From assembly GCA_963817385.1 (NCBI GenBank), contig CAWFOM010000029.1:1-23443 (forward strand): DNA of 23,443 nt, written 5' to 3'. Source of the DNA: an uncultured delta proteobacterium. GTDB taxonomy: Bacteria > Desulfobacterota > Syntrophia > Syntrophales > UBA5619. The first letter of the stretch is position 1; every line of letters starts with the position of its first letter. This document shows positions 9,128 through 16,984 of this stretch, in pieces. Made by a program: the position numbers and the translations under genes. The notes under the pieces are model-generated. The model saw only the letters and a program-made list of their open reading frames with translations. It searched no databases and was not told where the DNA came from.

Positions 9128-10967
9128 ATGATTAAGAATTTGGTCATACCTAATAAAAATACAGTAAAGTTCATTTTTTTCAGCGGCAAGGGCGGCGTAG
9201 GCAAGAGCACGATGAGCTGCGCCACGGCGGTGTGGCTGGCCCAGGAAGGATATAAAACCCTTCTGGTGACGACCGATCCGGCGCCCAACCTGGCGGATAT
9301 CTTCGGTCAGACGATCGGGCATCAGATCGTACCGATACAGGGCGGTGAAAACCTCCATGCGATCGAGATCAACCCCGATACGGCGTCTGAGGAATACCGG
9401 GAGAGGATTGTCGCCCCGCTGAAGGAGCTTCTTGATGAGAAGAACCTCAATGTCGTCAGGGAACAGTTGAAGAGTCCCTGCGTGGAAGAAGTCGCGGCCT
9501 TCGATAAGTTTATCGAATTCATGGACGACCCCGGATATGATGTCGTCGTGTTCGACACGGCGCCTACGGGGCACACCATCCGTCTTTTGGAACTTCCGAG
9601 CGGCTGGAGCGAAACGCTGCAGAAAGACGCCTCCACCTGCATCGGGCCGGGGGCGTCTCTCCAGAGCGCCAAGGCAAAATACGAGAAGGCGATTTCCTCT
9701 CTTCAGGATCGGAATCGCACCTCGTTCGTCTTTGTCCTCAAACCTGAGAACTCGTCCCTCCTGGAGACGAAAAGAAGCACCGGAAGAACTCTCCCGACTG
9801 GGCATTGCCACCAGCTTTCTCATCATCAATGGACGCCTGCCTGAAGAGGCCTGCACGGATACATTCTTCCGAAAGAAGAAGGCGGAAGAGGATCGGATCA
9901 TTGCAGGGATCGAATCCGAGTTCGCCTCTCTGGAGAAGGTCATCTATCCCCTGCGCGACAAAGAAGTGGCGGGGATTTCGCTCCTCCAAGCCGTGGGACG
10001 CTTCCTCTACGAAGGACGAGAAGACGCCATCAGCGTTGCACCCACAGTGGCGGCCGAAGTGCACGCAAAACAGACGGTCTATCCGAAAGACCGCTGCTTC
10101 GACCTGCTGAAGCCGGTAAACGGCCAACGGTACATCTTCTTTACCGGAAAAGGCGGCGTGGGAAAGAGCACCATTGCCAGCACCACCTCCCTGTATCTGG
10201 CCGATCATGGGTTCAAGACTCTGATCGTGACGACCGATCCGGCGTCCCATCTTCAGGATATCTTCGGCCAGGATATCAATCATGAGCCGTCGCGAATCCA
10301 GGGTATCAACAATCTTTTTGCGGCGCGGATCGATCAGCGGCAGGCTATCGCAGAATACCGGACGAGGATTCTGGCCGCGGTAAAAGATCAGAGCGAGGAG
10401 ACGAAACGATCGGTGGAGGAGGACCTGAATTCCCCCTGCGCCGAGGAGATGGCCGCCTTCGAGAAGTTCATGAGTTACTTCGAGGGAAACGGTTACGACA
10501 TTACCGTTTTCGACACGGCGCCGACGGGACACACTTTGCGGCTCCTGGAGCTTCCTACCGACTGGAAGGGCTTTATCGACCTGGGGACGCTGACGAAGCA
10601 GACCTCGGAGGCCACGCAGAACAAATACGCCGACGTCATCGAAAAAATGCGCAATCGGGACAAGAGCGCCTTCGTCTTTGTGATGTACCCCGAATACACA
10701 CCCATCATCGAGGCTTGGAGGGCGGCGGAAGATCTGAAAAAGCAGGTGGGGATCGAAACGGCAGCGGTGGCCGTCAACTATCTCCTTCCGCAGGACACGG
10801 GAAACAACATCTTCTTCGCCAACAGGAGGAGGCAACAGGAGAAGTACCTTGCTGAAATCGAGCAACGGTTCCGCAAGCCGATGCTCTTCGTTCCGCTCCT
10901 CGATCATGAACCAAAAGGGATCGAGAGCTTACGGGGGCTCGGGAAGGACATGTACGAATCCGGCTGA
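9128..10967 (+). pseudogene. arsA: Arsenical pump-driving ATPase ArsA (two-domain), split by one extra base near 9780
   Basis: Two GKGGVGKS P-loops, two DTAPTGH and two SPCxEE motifs; LLETKRS continues as EELSRLGI in another frame; removing 1 nt gives ~612 aa; may be a sequencing error. Confidence 0.88.
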
Positions 10968-11045
10968 TTGATCGACCGCAATATTCGGATAGGGACGCGG
11001 GACTGAAACAAGACTGCCCAATTACAGGCGCCAGAGAGGAGATAT

Positions 11046-11732
11046 ATGCTCAAGGTAAAGCCACATGCAGATTATCCGACCGAGGAGGGGCGTTATCTCC
11101 GGGGCAACGATTTTTCTCCGGTGGCGGTAGCGATCATCCTGAATCAGGACGACGACAAGATCCCGCCTGATATCCAGGCGCTCGTGCGGGCGGGCTGGGA
11201 AAGCGGCGCTGCCCTTTCCGGGACGATCCAGACCCCCAATATCGGTTTTGAAAAGATGATCAGCAATCTGGTCGCCAACCCGAACGTGCGTTACCTGATC
11301 TTGGGCGGTCCGGAATCGGCGGGTCACTTGACCGGAGAGGCATTGAAGGCGCTGTTCCTCAACGGCGTCGATGCAAAAAAGTGGATTGTGGGGACGGAAG
11401 CGGCTCACGCCGCCCTGTTCAATCTGCCGCCGGAGGCGATTGAACGTTTTCGCAAACAGATCTCCCTGATCGACCTGCAATTCGAGGGGGATCCGAACGT
11501 GATCCGGAAAGCGGTCTGGTCCTGTTATCAGGAAAATAAGGTACCTTTCCGCAGCTACACGTTGGGCGATCCGGGCGCGTATCCCGAACCTCCCCTCGGC
11601 AACCGGATTACCTGGCGGGTCACTCAACCGTGGGCGCATCCGGTCGATGACGGCGAACTCGAAGCGAAGAGAAAGGCCGAGGAACTGATGGCGCGGCTGC
11701 GCACCCGAAGCGGAGCCAAGAACGGGAGTTAA
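11046..11732 (+). CDS. mtrA: Stand-alone MtrA/MtxA-like corrinoid-binding protein (tetrahydromethanopterin S-methyltransferase subunit A family), soluble
   Basis: GRYLRGNDFSPVAV, GAALSG..QTPNIGFEK, ANPNVRYLILGGPESAGHLTG (His94), NLPPEAIERFRKQI, DPGAY; no C-terminal TM helix; GAGGAG RBS. Confidence 0.85.
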   Translation: MLKVKPHADYPTEEGRYLRGNDFSPVAVAIILNQDDDKIPPDIQALVRAGWESGAALSGTIQTPNIGFEKMISNLVANPNVRYLILGGPESAGHLTGEALKALFLNGVDAKKWIVGTEAAHAALFNLPPEAIERFRKQISLIDLQFEGDPNVIRKAVWSCYQENKVPFRSYTLGDPGAYPEPPLGNRITWRVTQPWAHPVDDGELEAKRKAEELMARLRTRSGAKNGS

Positions 11733-11791
11733 CCACTCCCGCCATTGTCTATTCGGAAGGGGGAAACGGTATAGAGAAGAGGAACCGGATC

Positions 11792-12061
11792 ATGGCGGAT
11801 AAAATCATCATCTATGGAACCGATACCTGACCCTTCTGCCGCCAGGCTCGGGCAGCCTACGGAGACAGGGCCATTTACGTGAACGTGGATGAAGATCCCG
11901 AGAAACTGAAAGAAATGCTTGCCCTATCGGACGGCAGGCAACAGGTGCCCGTAATTGTGGAGGGCGACAAGGTAACGGTCGGTTTTGCCGGGGAGGTTTC
12001 CCTGCGCGGCGGCATCCCTCTTTTCGGCGGCACCTGACCGGTGAAAACAGCCCCTCGGTGA
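11792..12061 (+). CDS. Glutaredoxin-like selenoprotein (UXX-star-like) with two Sec codons (U13 in UPFC; U82 in GGTU)
   Basis: MADKIIIYGTDT-U-PFCRQARAAYGDRAIYVNVDEDPEKLKEMLALSDGRQQVPVIVEGDKVTVGFAGEVSLRGGIPLFGGT-U-PVKTAPR*; in-frame TGA at 11828 and 12035, each followed by a hairpin; GAGGA RBS; would end at 12037 if the second TGA is a stop. Confidence 0.85.
11844..11858 (+). promoter_or_regulatory. Candidate SECIS hairpin for TGA 11828
   Basis: AGGCT-CGGGC-AGCCT stem-loop beginning 13 nt after the TGA. Confidence 0.55.
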
Positions 12062-12066
12062 GGGGC
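12050..12066 (+). promoter_or_regulatory. Candidate SECIS hairpin for TGA 12035
   Basis: Perfect GCCCCTC-GGT-GAGGGGC stem-loop 12 nt after the TGA, G-rich apical loop, no immediate U-tract. Confidence 0.7.
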
Positions 12067-12094
12067 AATAACTTTGAAATATCGGGGAGGCGTT

Positions 12095-12406
12095 ATGTTT
12101 GAAGTTACGGAAAAAGCAAGCGGTGTGATAAAGCATTTTTTGGAAAACAACAAAGGACCGCAGACGATTCGACTACTCATGCAGGACGGCTGAGGGGGGC
12201 CCACGCTGGGTATGGCTCTGGATGAGCCGCAGGCAAAGGATTTTACCGTCACGGATCGGGGCGTCACGTTTGCGGTGGAGAAGGGTCTGTTTGAAAAAGC
12301 GAAACCCATCTGCATCGATTTTTTCGAATCCGTCAGAGGATCGGGTTTCAAGATCACGTCGAGTTTGACAACGGGTGGCGGTTGCGGCGATTCGTGCGCT
12401 TGTTGA
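12095..12406 (+). CDS. HesB/IscA-like selenoprotein (Sec at codon 33)
   Basis: [45 protein letters not shown]...[25 protein letters not shown] 12191-12193 at the conserved G-C/U-GGP position; GGAGG RBS at 12086-12090. Confidence 0.9.
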
Positions 12407-12438
12407 AACATCATCAGAAGAAAAAAACGGAGGTCAAT

Positions 12439-13551
12439 ATGCCGGAGAGTGTGGTTAAAAAGTTGTCATTTCTGGATCGGTACCTGACGCTGTGGATCTT
12501 TCTGGCCATCGGCCTGGGGATCGGTATCGGGTATTTTCTGCCGGGGCTGTCGAAATTCATCACCGGTCTCCAGGTGGGGACGACGTCCATTCCCATAGCC
12601 GCTGGGCTGATCCTGATGATGTACCCGCCCTTGGCGAGAGTGAAATACGAGGAGATGGGCAAGGTCTTCAAAAACAAGCGAATGCTTGTTATCTCGCTCC
12701 TCCAGAACTGGGTCATCGGCCCCCTGGTGATGTTCATCCTCGCGGTCATCTTCCTCCGCAATTATCCCGAATACATGATAGGCGTCATCCTCGTGGGGCT
12801 TGCCCGTTGCATCGCGATGGTCATCGTCTGGAACGAGTTGGCCGAAGGGGATCGGGAGCTTGCGGTGGGGCTCGTCGCCTTCAACGCCATCGCCCAGGTC
12901 CTCTTCTACGCCGTGTACATCTACTTTTTCATCACTCTGATGCTCAACTGGCTGGGGCTGGCGGAAAGCCTCAACATCCATGTCTCCATGGCGGAGTCGG
13001 CCAAGACGGTCTTCATCTACCTGGGCGTTCCGTTCCTGGCCGGCCTGATCACCCGCTATGGCCTGATCGCCATCAAGGGAGAGGAATGGTTCAACACCGT
13101 CTTCATGCCGAAAATCAGCCCTCTCACACTGATAGCCCTGCTATTCACGATCATCGTCATGTTCTCCACGCAGGGGAACAAGATCATCGCCTCTCCCCTG
13201 GACGTCCTGATCGTGGCGATCCCGATGGCGATTTACTTCGTCGTCATGTGGTTCGCGACCTTCTACATCATCCGGAAGATCGGCGGGAACTACGCCCAGA
13301 CGACGGCGGTCTCCTTCACTGCGTCCTCAAACGATTTCGAGCTGGCAATCGCAGTGGCCATCGCCATCTTCGGGATCGATTCCGGCCAAGCCTTCGCCAC
13401 GGTGATCGGACCTCTGCTGGAGGTCCCGATCCTGATCATGCTGGTCAACGTGGCGATACGTTTCAAAACGAAGTATTTCCCGGGAGCAAAGGAATCCCTG
13501 GAAGCAATCTGCAGCGTCGAAGCAGCCTGCGACGTCGAGGTCAAGAAATGA
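12439..13551 (+). CDS. acr3: Acr3 family arsenite efflux transporter
   Basis: [67 protein letters not shown]; start at ATG 12439 after GGAGG. Confidence 0.97.
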   Translation: MPESVVKKLSFLDRYLTLWIFLAIGLGIGIGYFLPGLSKFITGLQVGTTSIPIAAGLILMMYPPLARVKYEEMGKVFKNKRMLVISLLQNWVIGPLVMFILAVIFLRNYPEYMIGVILVGLARCIAMVIVWNELAEGDRELAVGLVAFNAIAQVLFYAVYIYFFITLMLNWLGLAESLNIHVSMAESAKTVFIYLGVPFLAGLITRYGLIAIKGEEWFNTVFMPKISPLTLIALLFTIIVMFSTQGNKIIASPLDVLIVAIPMAIYFVVMWFATFYIIRKIGGNYAQTTAVSFTASSNDFELAIAVAIAIFGIDSGQAFATVIGPLLEVPILIMLVNVAIRFKTKYFPGAKESLEAICSVEAACDVEVKK

Positions 13552-13596
13552 TGGAAGGCGTTGATCGGAAAGGGAATGCGGTAAGCGTAACGGTCC

Positions 13597-14703
13597 ATGG
13601 ATGAGCTGAACAAGATCTACGTGGAGCCGACGAACCGCTGCAACCTTATGTGTGTGACCTGCATCCGTCATTCGTGGGACGAACCGTTCGGGGATATGAA
13701 CTGGCCGGTTTATCAGGCCCTGATCGACGGCCTGGCGTCGTTCCCCGAGGCCAAAACGATCGCCTTTGCGGGCCTGGGTGAACCGCTGCTCCACGAGCGA
13801 TTTCCGGAGATGGTCCGGCTGGCCCATGAGCGGGGGTTGAGGACGGAGATGACGAGCAACGCCACGCTGTTGACCGCGTCGATTGCCGGGAGGCTGATAG
13901 ATGCCGGTCTCGACCAGTTCACGGTCTCCATCGATGGGACGTCGGACGGATCCCACGGGGCCATCCGACCGGGGGCATCCCTGGAGGAGATCACGAACAA
14001 TGTCCGGATGCTCTACCGTTTGAGCGAAAAAGCGACCGTAACACCGCTGCGAATCGGGATCGAGTTCGTGGCGATGAAGCGCAACATCCAAGAATTGCCG
14101 GCGATGCGGGAAGTTGCCAGCCGGATCAAGGCCTCGTTCATTCTCGTGACGAATGTACTTCCCTACACGGCTGAACTTAAGGACGAAATCCTCTACGATA
14201 TGGGGCCTGACGCATTCGAAATTCATGGGACGCCTTATAGCCCACTGTGGATCCTTCCCAATATCGACTGGAACCGGCAAACGCAGGGGCCACTGTCCAG
14301 TATCATGCGACAGCAGCCGAAACTGAGCTTTCTCGATATCAACTTGAGACAACGAAACAACTACTGTCCCTTCATCAGGGCCGGAAGCACGGCCGTTGCT
14401 TGGCATGGCGGCGTCAGCCCCTGTCCGCCTCTGCTGCATTCTTACCGCTGTTTTATCAGGGGCCGCATGAAGGATTTCTACTGTTGCGAATTTGGCCGTT
14501 TACCCGGACAGTCCCTGCCTGCCATCTGGCTGAATCCTGAGTATGCGGCCTTTCGCGAGCGCGTCCTGCAATTCGACTTCTCTCCCTGTACGGATTGCGG
14601 AGGATGCGATCTGGCAGAAAGAAACGAGGAAGATTGCTTCGGCAATCCCTTCCCCGTCTGCGGCGACTGCCTGTGGGCGCGCGGCGTTCTGCGCTGCGCA
14701 TAA
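13597..14703 (+). CDS. Radical SAM/SPASM protein resembling the tungsten-cofactor oxidoreductase maturase family
   Basis: KIYVEPTNRCNLMCVTC (CxxxCxxC), GLGEPLLH, CPF..G.VSPC, C-terminal CTDCGGC..DCFGN..CGDCLWARG.LRC. Confidence 0.8.
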   Translation: MDELNKIYVEPTNRCNLMCVTCIRHSWDEPFGDMNWPVYQALIDGLASFPEAKTIAFAGLGEPLLHERFPEMVRLAHERGLRTEMTSNATLLTASIAGRLIDAGLDQFTVSIDGTSDGSHGAIRPGASLEEITNNVRMLYRLSEKATVTPLRIGIEFVAMKRNIQELPAMREVASRIKASFILVTNVLPYTAELKDEILYDMGPDAFEIHGTPYSPLWILPNIDWNRQTQGPLSSIMRQQPKLSFLDINLRQRNNYCPFIRAGSTAVAWHGGVSPCPPLLHSYRCFIRGRMKDFYCCEFGRLPGQSLPAIWLNPEYAAFRERVLQFDFSPCTDCGGCDLAERNEEDCFGNPFPVCGDCLWARGVLRCA

Positions 14704-14802
14704 GGGAAAAGAGCGGCAGCTTGTTCTTAGCGGCAGAAGACCGATACGAAGTAGTTAATAGGAACAGACATTTGAAAAAAACGAAATATGAGGAATCTTA
14801 CA

Positions 14803-15189
14803 ATGAAAATGAATAGTTCTCGGTTTATGGCCTGCATCTTCTGCCTTTCGCTTCTGCTCCTGTTCACACCGCCGGCGGTTCTCTTTGCAGCCGCGACGGA
14901 TATTCCCGTGAAGGGAATGGTCACGATGGTCGATCTGGGCGCCGGCGTGTGTATTCCCTGCAAATTGATGGCGCCGATCCTGGAGAAGCTGGAAAAGGAG
15001 TACGCCGGGAGGGCGGCGGTGGTCTTCCTTGATGTCTGGAAGGACAAGGCGCCGGTCAAGCGCTTCGGCATTCGGGCCATCCCCACGCAGATCTTCTTCG
15101 ACCAAAACGGTAAGGAGGTCTACCGGCACGAGGGATTTCTGAGCGAGGAGGAGATCGTCGGCCGGTTCAAGGACATGGGCGTAAAATAG
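14803..15189 (+). CDS. Exported thioredoxin family protein
   Basis: Signal peptide, DLGAGVCIPCKLMAP, IRAIPTQIFFD, YRHEGF; GAGGA RBS favours ATG 14803. Confidence 0.9.
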   Translation: MKMNSSRFMACIFCLSLLLLFTPPAVLFAAATDIPVKGMVTMVDLGAGVCIPCKLMAPILEKLEKEYAGRAAVVFLDVWKDKAPVKRFGIRAIPTQIFFDQNGKEVYRHEGFLSEEEIVGRFKDMGVK

Positions 15190-15200
15190 AAAGGTCAACA

Positions 15201-15908
15201 ATGCTGACGCAATTTTTTCTCACCATCAACGACTGGATCACCGGCGCGACCTACCTGGCGGCGCTGGGCTGCTTTTTATGGGGGATGGTCAGCGTCCTTT
15301 TGAGCCCCTGCCATCTGGCCTCCATCCCGCTGGTTGTGGCCTACGTGGCCGGGCAGGAGCAGGTTCTGAAACCGAGACAGGCTGCCCATTACGCCATCCT
15401 TTTTACCGTGGGACTGTTCATCACCATCGCCGTGATCGGCATTGTTTGCGCCCTCCTGGGACGGATGCTCGGGGATGTGGGCAGCTACTGGCAGATCGTT
15501 GTCGGCCTGGTTCTGATCTGGGTCGCCCTGGGGATGCTGGGGGTGGAGAAGTGCAATCTCTCCGGCAGCCGGCTGCATCGGCTGAACGTCAAGGGCCTTC
15601 GCGGCGCGTTCCTGCTGGGATTGGCCTATGGAGTCCTCTCCGGCTCCTGCACCTTCGGCTTCATCGCCCCGATTCTGGCGATCATTACGGTTCAGCAGAG
15701 GGTGCTGACCGGCGTCATGCTTATCCTGCTGTTTGCCCTCGGTCACTGCCTCCCCATCGTGATCGCCGGCAGCTCCACGGCGGCGGTCCGGCGCCTGACG
15801 GAGAGCGAAACCTGGATAGAATCGGGGGGCTGGTTTCGGAAGAGCGCCGGGGTCGTCATCGGCCTGCTGGGGATCTATTTCATCGGCAGTCCTTTTTTGC
15901 TCGGATGA
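15201..15908 (+). CDS. ccdA: CcdA/DsbD-like membrane thiol-disulfide transporter
   Basis: SVLLSPCHLASIPL and SGSCTFGFIAPIL Cys motifs, about six TM helices, adjacent to an exported thioredoxin. Confidence 0.88.
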   Translation: MLTQFFLTINDWITGATYLAALGCFLWGMVSVLLSPCHLASIPLVVAYVAGQEQVLKPRQAAHYAILFTVGLFITIAVIGIVCALLGRMLGDVGSYWQIVVGLVLIWVALGMLGVEKCNLSGSRLHRLNVKGLRGAFLLGLAYGVLSGSCTFGFIAPILAIITVQQRVLTGVMLILLFALGHCLPIVIAGSSTAAVRRLTESETWIESGGWFRKSAGVVIGLLGIYFIGSPFLLG

Positions 15909-15913
15909 ATGTA

Positions 15914-16813
15914 ATGGAACACAACCACAATCATGAGCAGCCGGCATCGCTAAAAAACCTGCTTTTCGCCATCGTGATCAATGGCGGGATCGTTGTCTTC
16001 GAGATGATTTTCGGCCTGATGATCCAGAGTATGGCGCTCATCTCGGACGCCGTCCATAATCTAAGCGACATCGCCGCCATGATCTTCAGTTACTGGGCGG
16101 AGAAGGTTTCCCGCCGCCCCGCAACTGCGCTGAAAACGTACGGGTATCGGAAAATCGAGTTTATCGCGGCTTTTGTCAACAGCATCGTCCTTTCCGTCGT
16201 CATCGCGTTCGTCTTCTGGGCAACCCTCAAGAGGTTCGCGGCCGCGCCGGAAATCCCCGGCAAGGAGATGCTCTGGGTAGCCGTCGTCGCCTTTGTCGGA
16301 AACGGGGCGGCGACGCTGCTGCTGCAGAAAGTTTCGGCGCGGAACTTCAACATGAAAAGCGCCTGGCTCCATTCGTTGCAGGATGCCCTGTTTTCCCTCG
16401 GGGTGATTGTCGGCGCGCTGCTGATCATCTTCTTCGGCTGGCGTCTCGTCGATCCCTTTATCTCGCTGGCTATCTGCGTCGTCATCGCCCGCGAGATTTT
16501 CAAGATCGTCCGGCAGGCGATCAATTCCCTGATGGACGCCGTTCCCCCGGGCATTGATTTCATTCAGGTAAAGAACGATCTGCTAGCGATCCCCGCCGTG
16601 GCGGAGGTCAACGATCTCCACATCTGGCAGACCGGTGCCGAACAGAAACTGCTCTCCGCTCATCTCGTTTCCGGGGAGAAGTCCCCCGACCATGAAACGA
16701 TCATCCGCACTGTCCAGGAGATGCTGCTTAAGAAGTACGGGATCAATCACACCACGATCCAGATCCTGCCCTTTTCGGCCGCGGAGATGGAGCACTGCAA
16801 TCACTGCAATTGA
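15914..16813 (+). CDS. Cation diffusion facilitator (CzcD/ZitB-like) transporter
   Basis: His-rich N-terminus, SMALISDAVHNLSD, TYGYRKIE, NMKSAWLH..QD, DLHIW, INHTTIQ; C-terminal HCNHCN; alternative start 15905. Confidence 0.92.
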   Translation: MEHNHNHEQPASLKNLLFAIVINGGIVVFEMIFGLMIQSMALISDAVHNLSDIAAMIFSYWAEKVSRRPATALKTYGYRKIEFIAAFVNSIVLSVVIAFVFWATLKRFAAAPEIPGKEMLWVAVVAFVGNGAATLLLQKVSARNFNMKSAWLHSLQDALFSLGVIVGALLIIFFGWRLVDPFISLAICVVIAREIFKIVRQAINSLMDAVPPGIDFIQVKNDLLAIPAVAEVNDLHIWQTGAEQKLLSAHLVSGEKSPDHETIIRTVQEMLLKKYGINHTTIQILPFSAAEMEHCNHCN

Positions 16814-16827
16814 GAGAGGGAGGAAAG

Positions 16828-16917
16828 GTGAGGACGAGAAAAGCGTTTTTATCCGGTTTGTTCGCATTAATCCTTGGCGGATTCTTTGTTACGGGGATTG
16901 TATGAACCGAAGAGTCG
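16828..16917 (+). pseudogene. Signal-peptide remnant of a deleted exported protein gene
   Basis: GGGAGG RBS, GTG start, MRTRKAFLSGLFALILGGFFVTGIV*TEES; resembles the N-terminus of the DsbA-like gene at 20640. Confidence 0.4.
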
Positions 16918-16984
16918 AAAAAGTTTCTATTTTCTGGTCACGTTTTGAGAAGGTTGAATTTTAACGATATTATGAGAGGTTAAA

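Noticed and set aside
9128..10967. Programmed frameshift or natural split ArsA
   Set aside because: No slippery heptamer is evident and the break is mid-domain.
12050..12075. Hairpin as a Rho-independent terminator
   Set aside because: No U-tract directly after the stem; its spacing from the TGA and GGU loop fit a SECIS better, though not formally excluded.
11792..12406. Single glutaredoxin-HesB fusion: both genes share one frame interrupted only by TGA codons (11828, 12035, 12059, 12191)
   Set aside because: TGA 12059 lies inside the hairpin with no SECIS of its own, and HesB has its own GGAGG RBS and ATG; sharing a frame is a 1-in-3 chance.
9738..13604. Long antisense or alternate-frame ORFs (e.g. 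9738-10907, 11022-11639, 12492-13604) and similar ones elsewhere
   Set aside because: Shadow ORFs typical of GC-rich coding DNA; they overlap well-supported genes and have no recognisable motifs.
15278..15913. N-terminal 212 aa of the 511-aa ORF
   Set aside because: An alternate-frame overlap with ccdA; CDF homology begins at about 15914.
16903..16905. In-frame TGA as selenocysteine
   Set aside because: Falls at the end of a signal-peptide-like stretch with no redox motif or hairpin; more likely a nonsense mutation.
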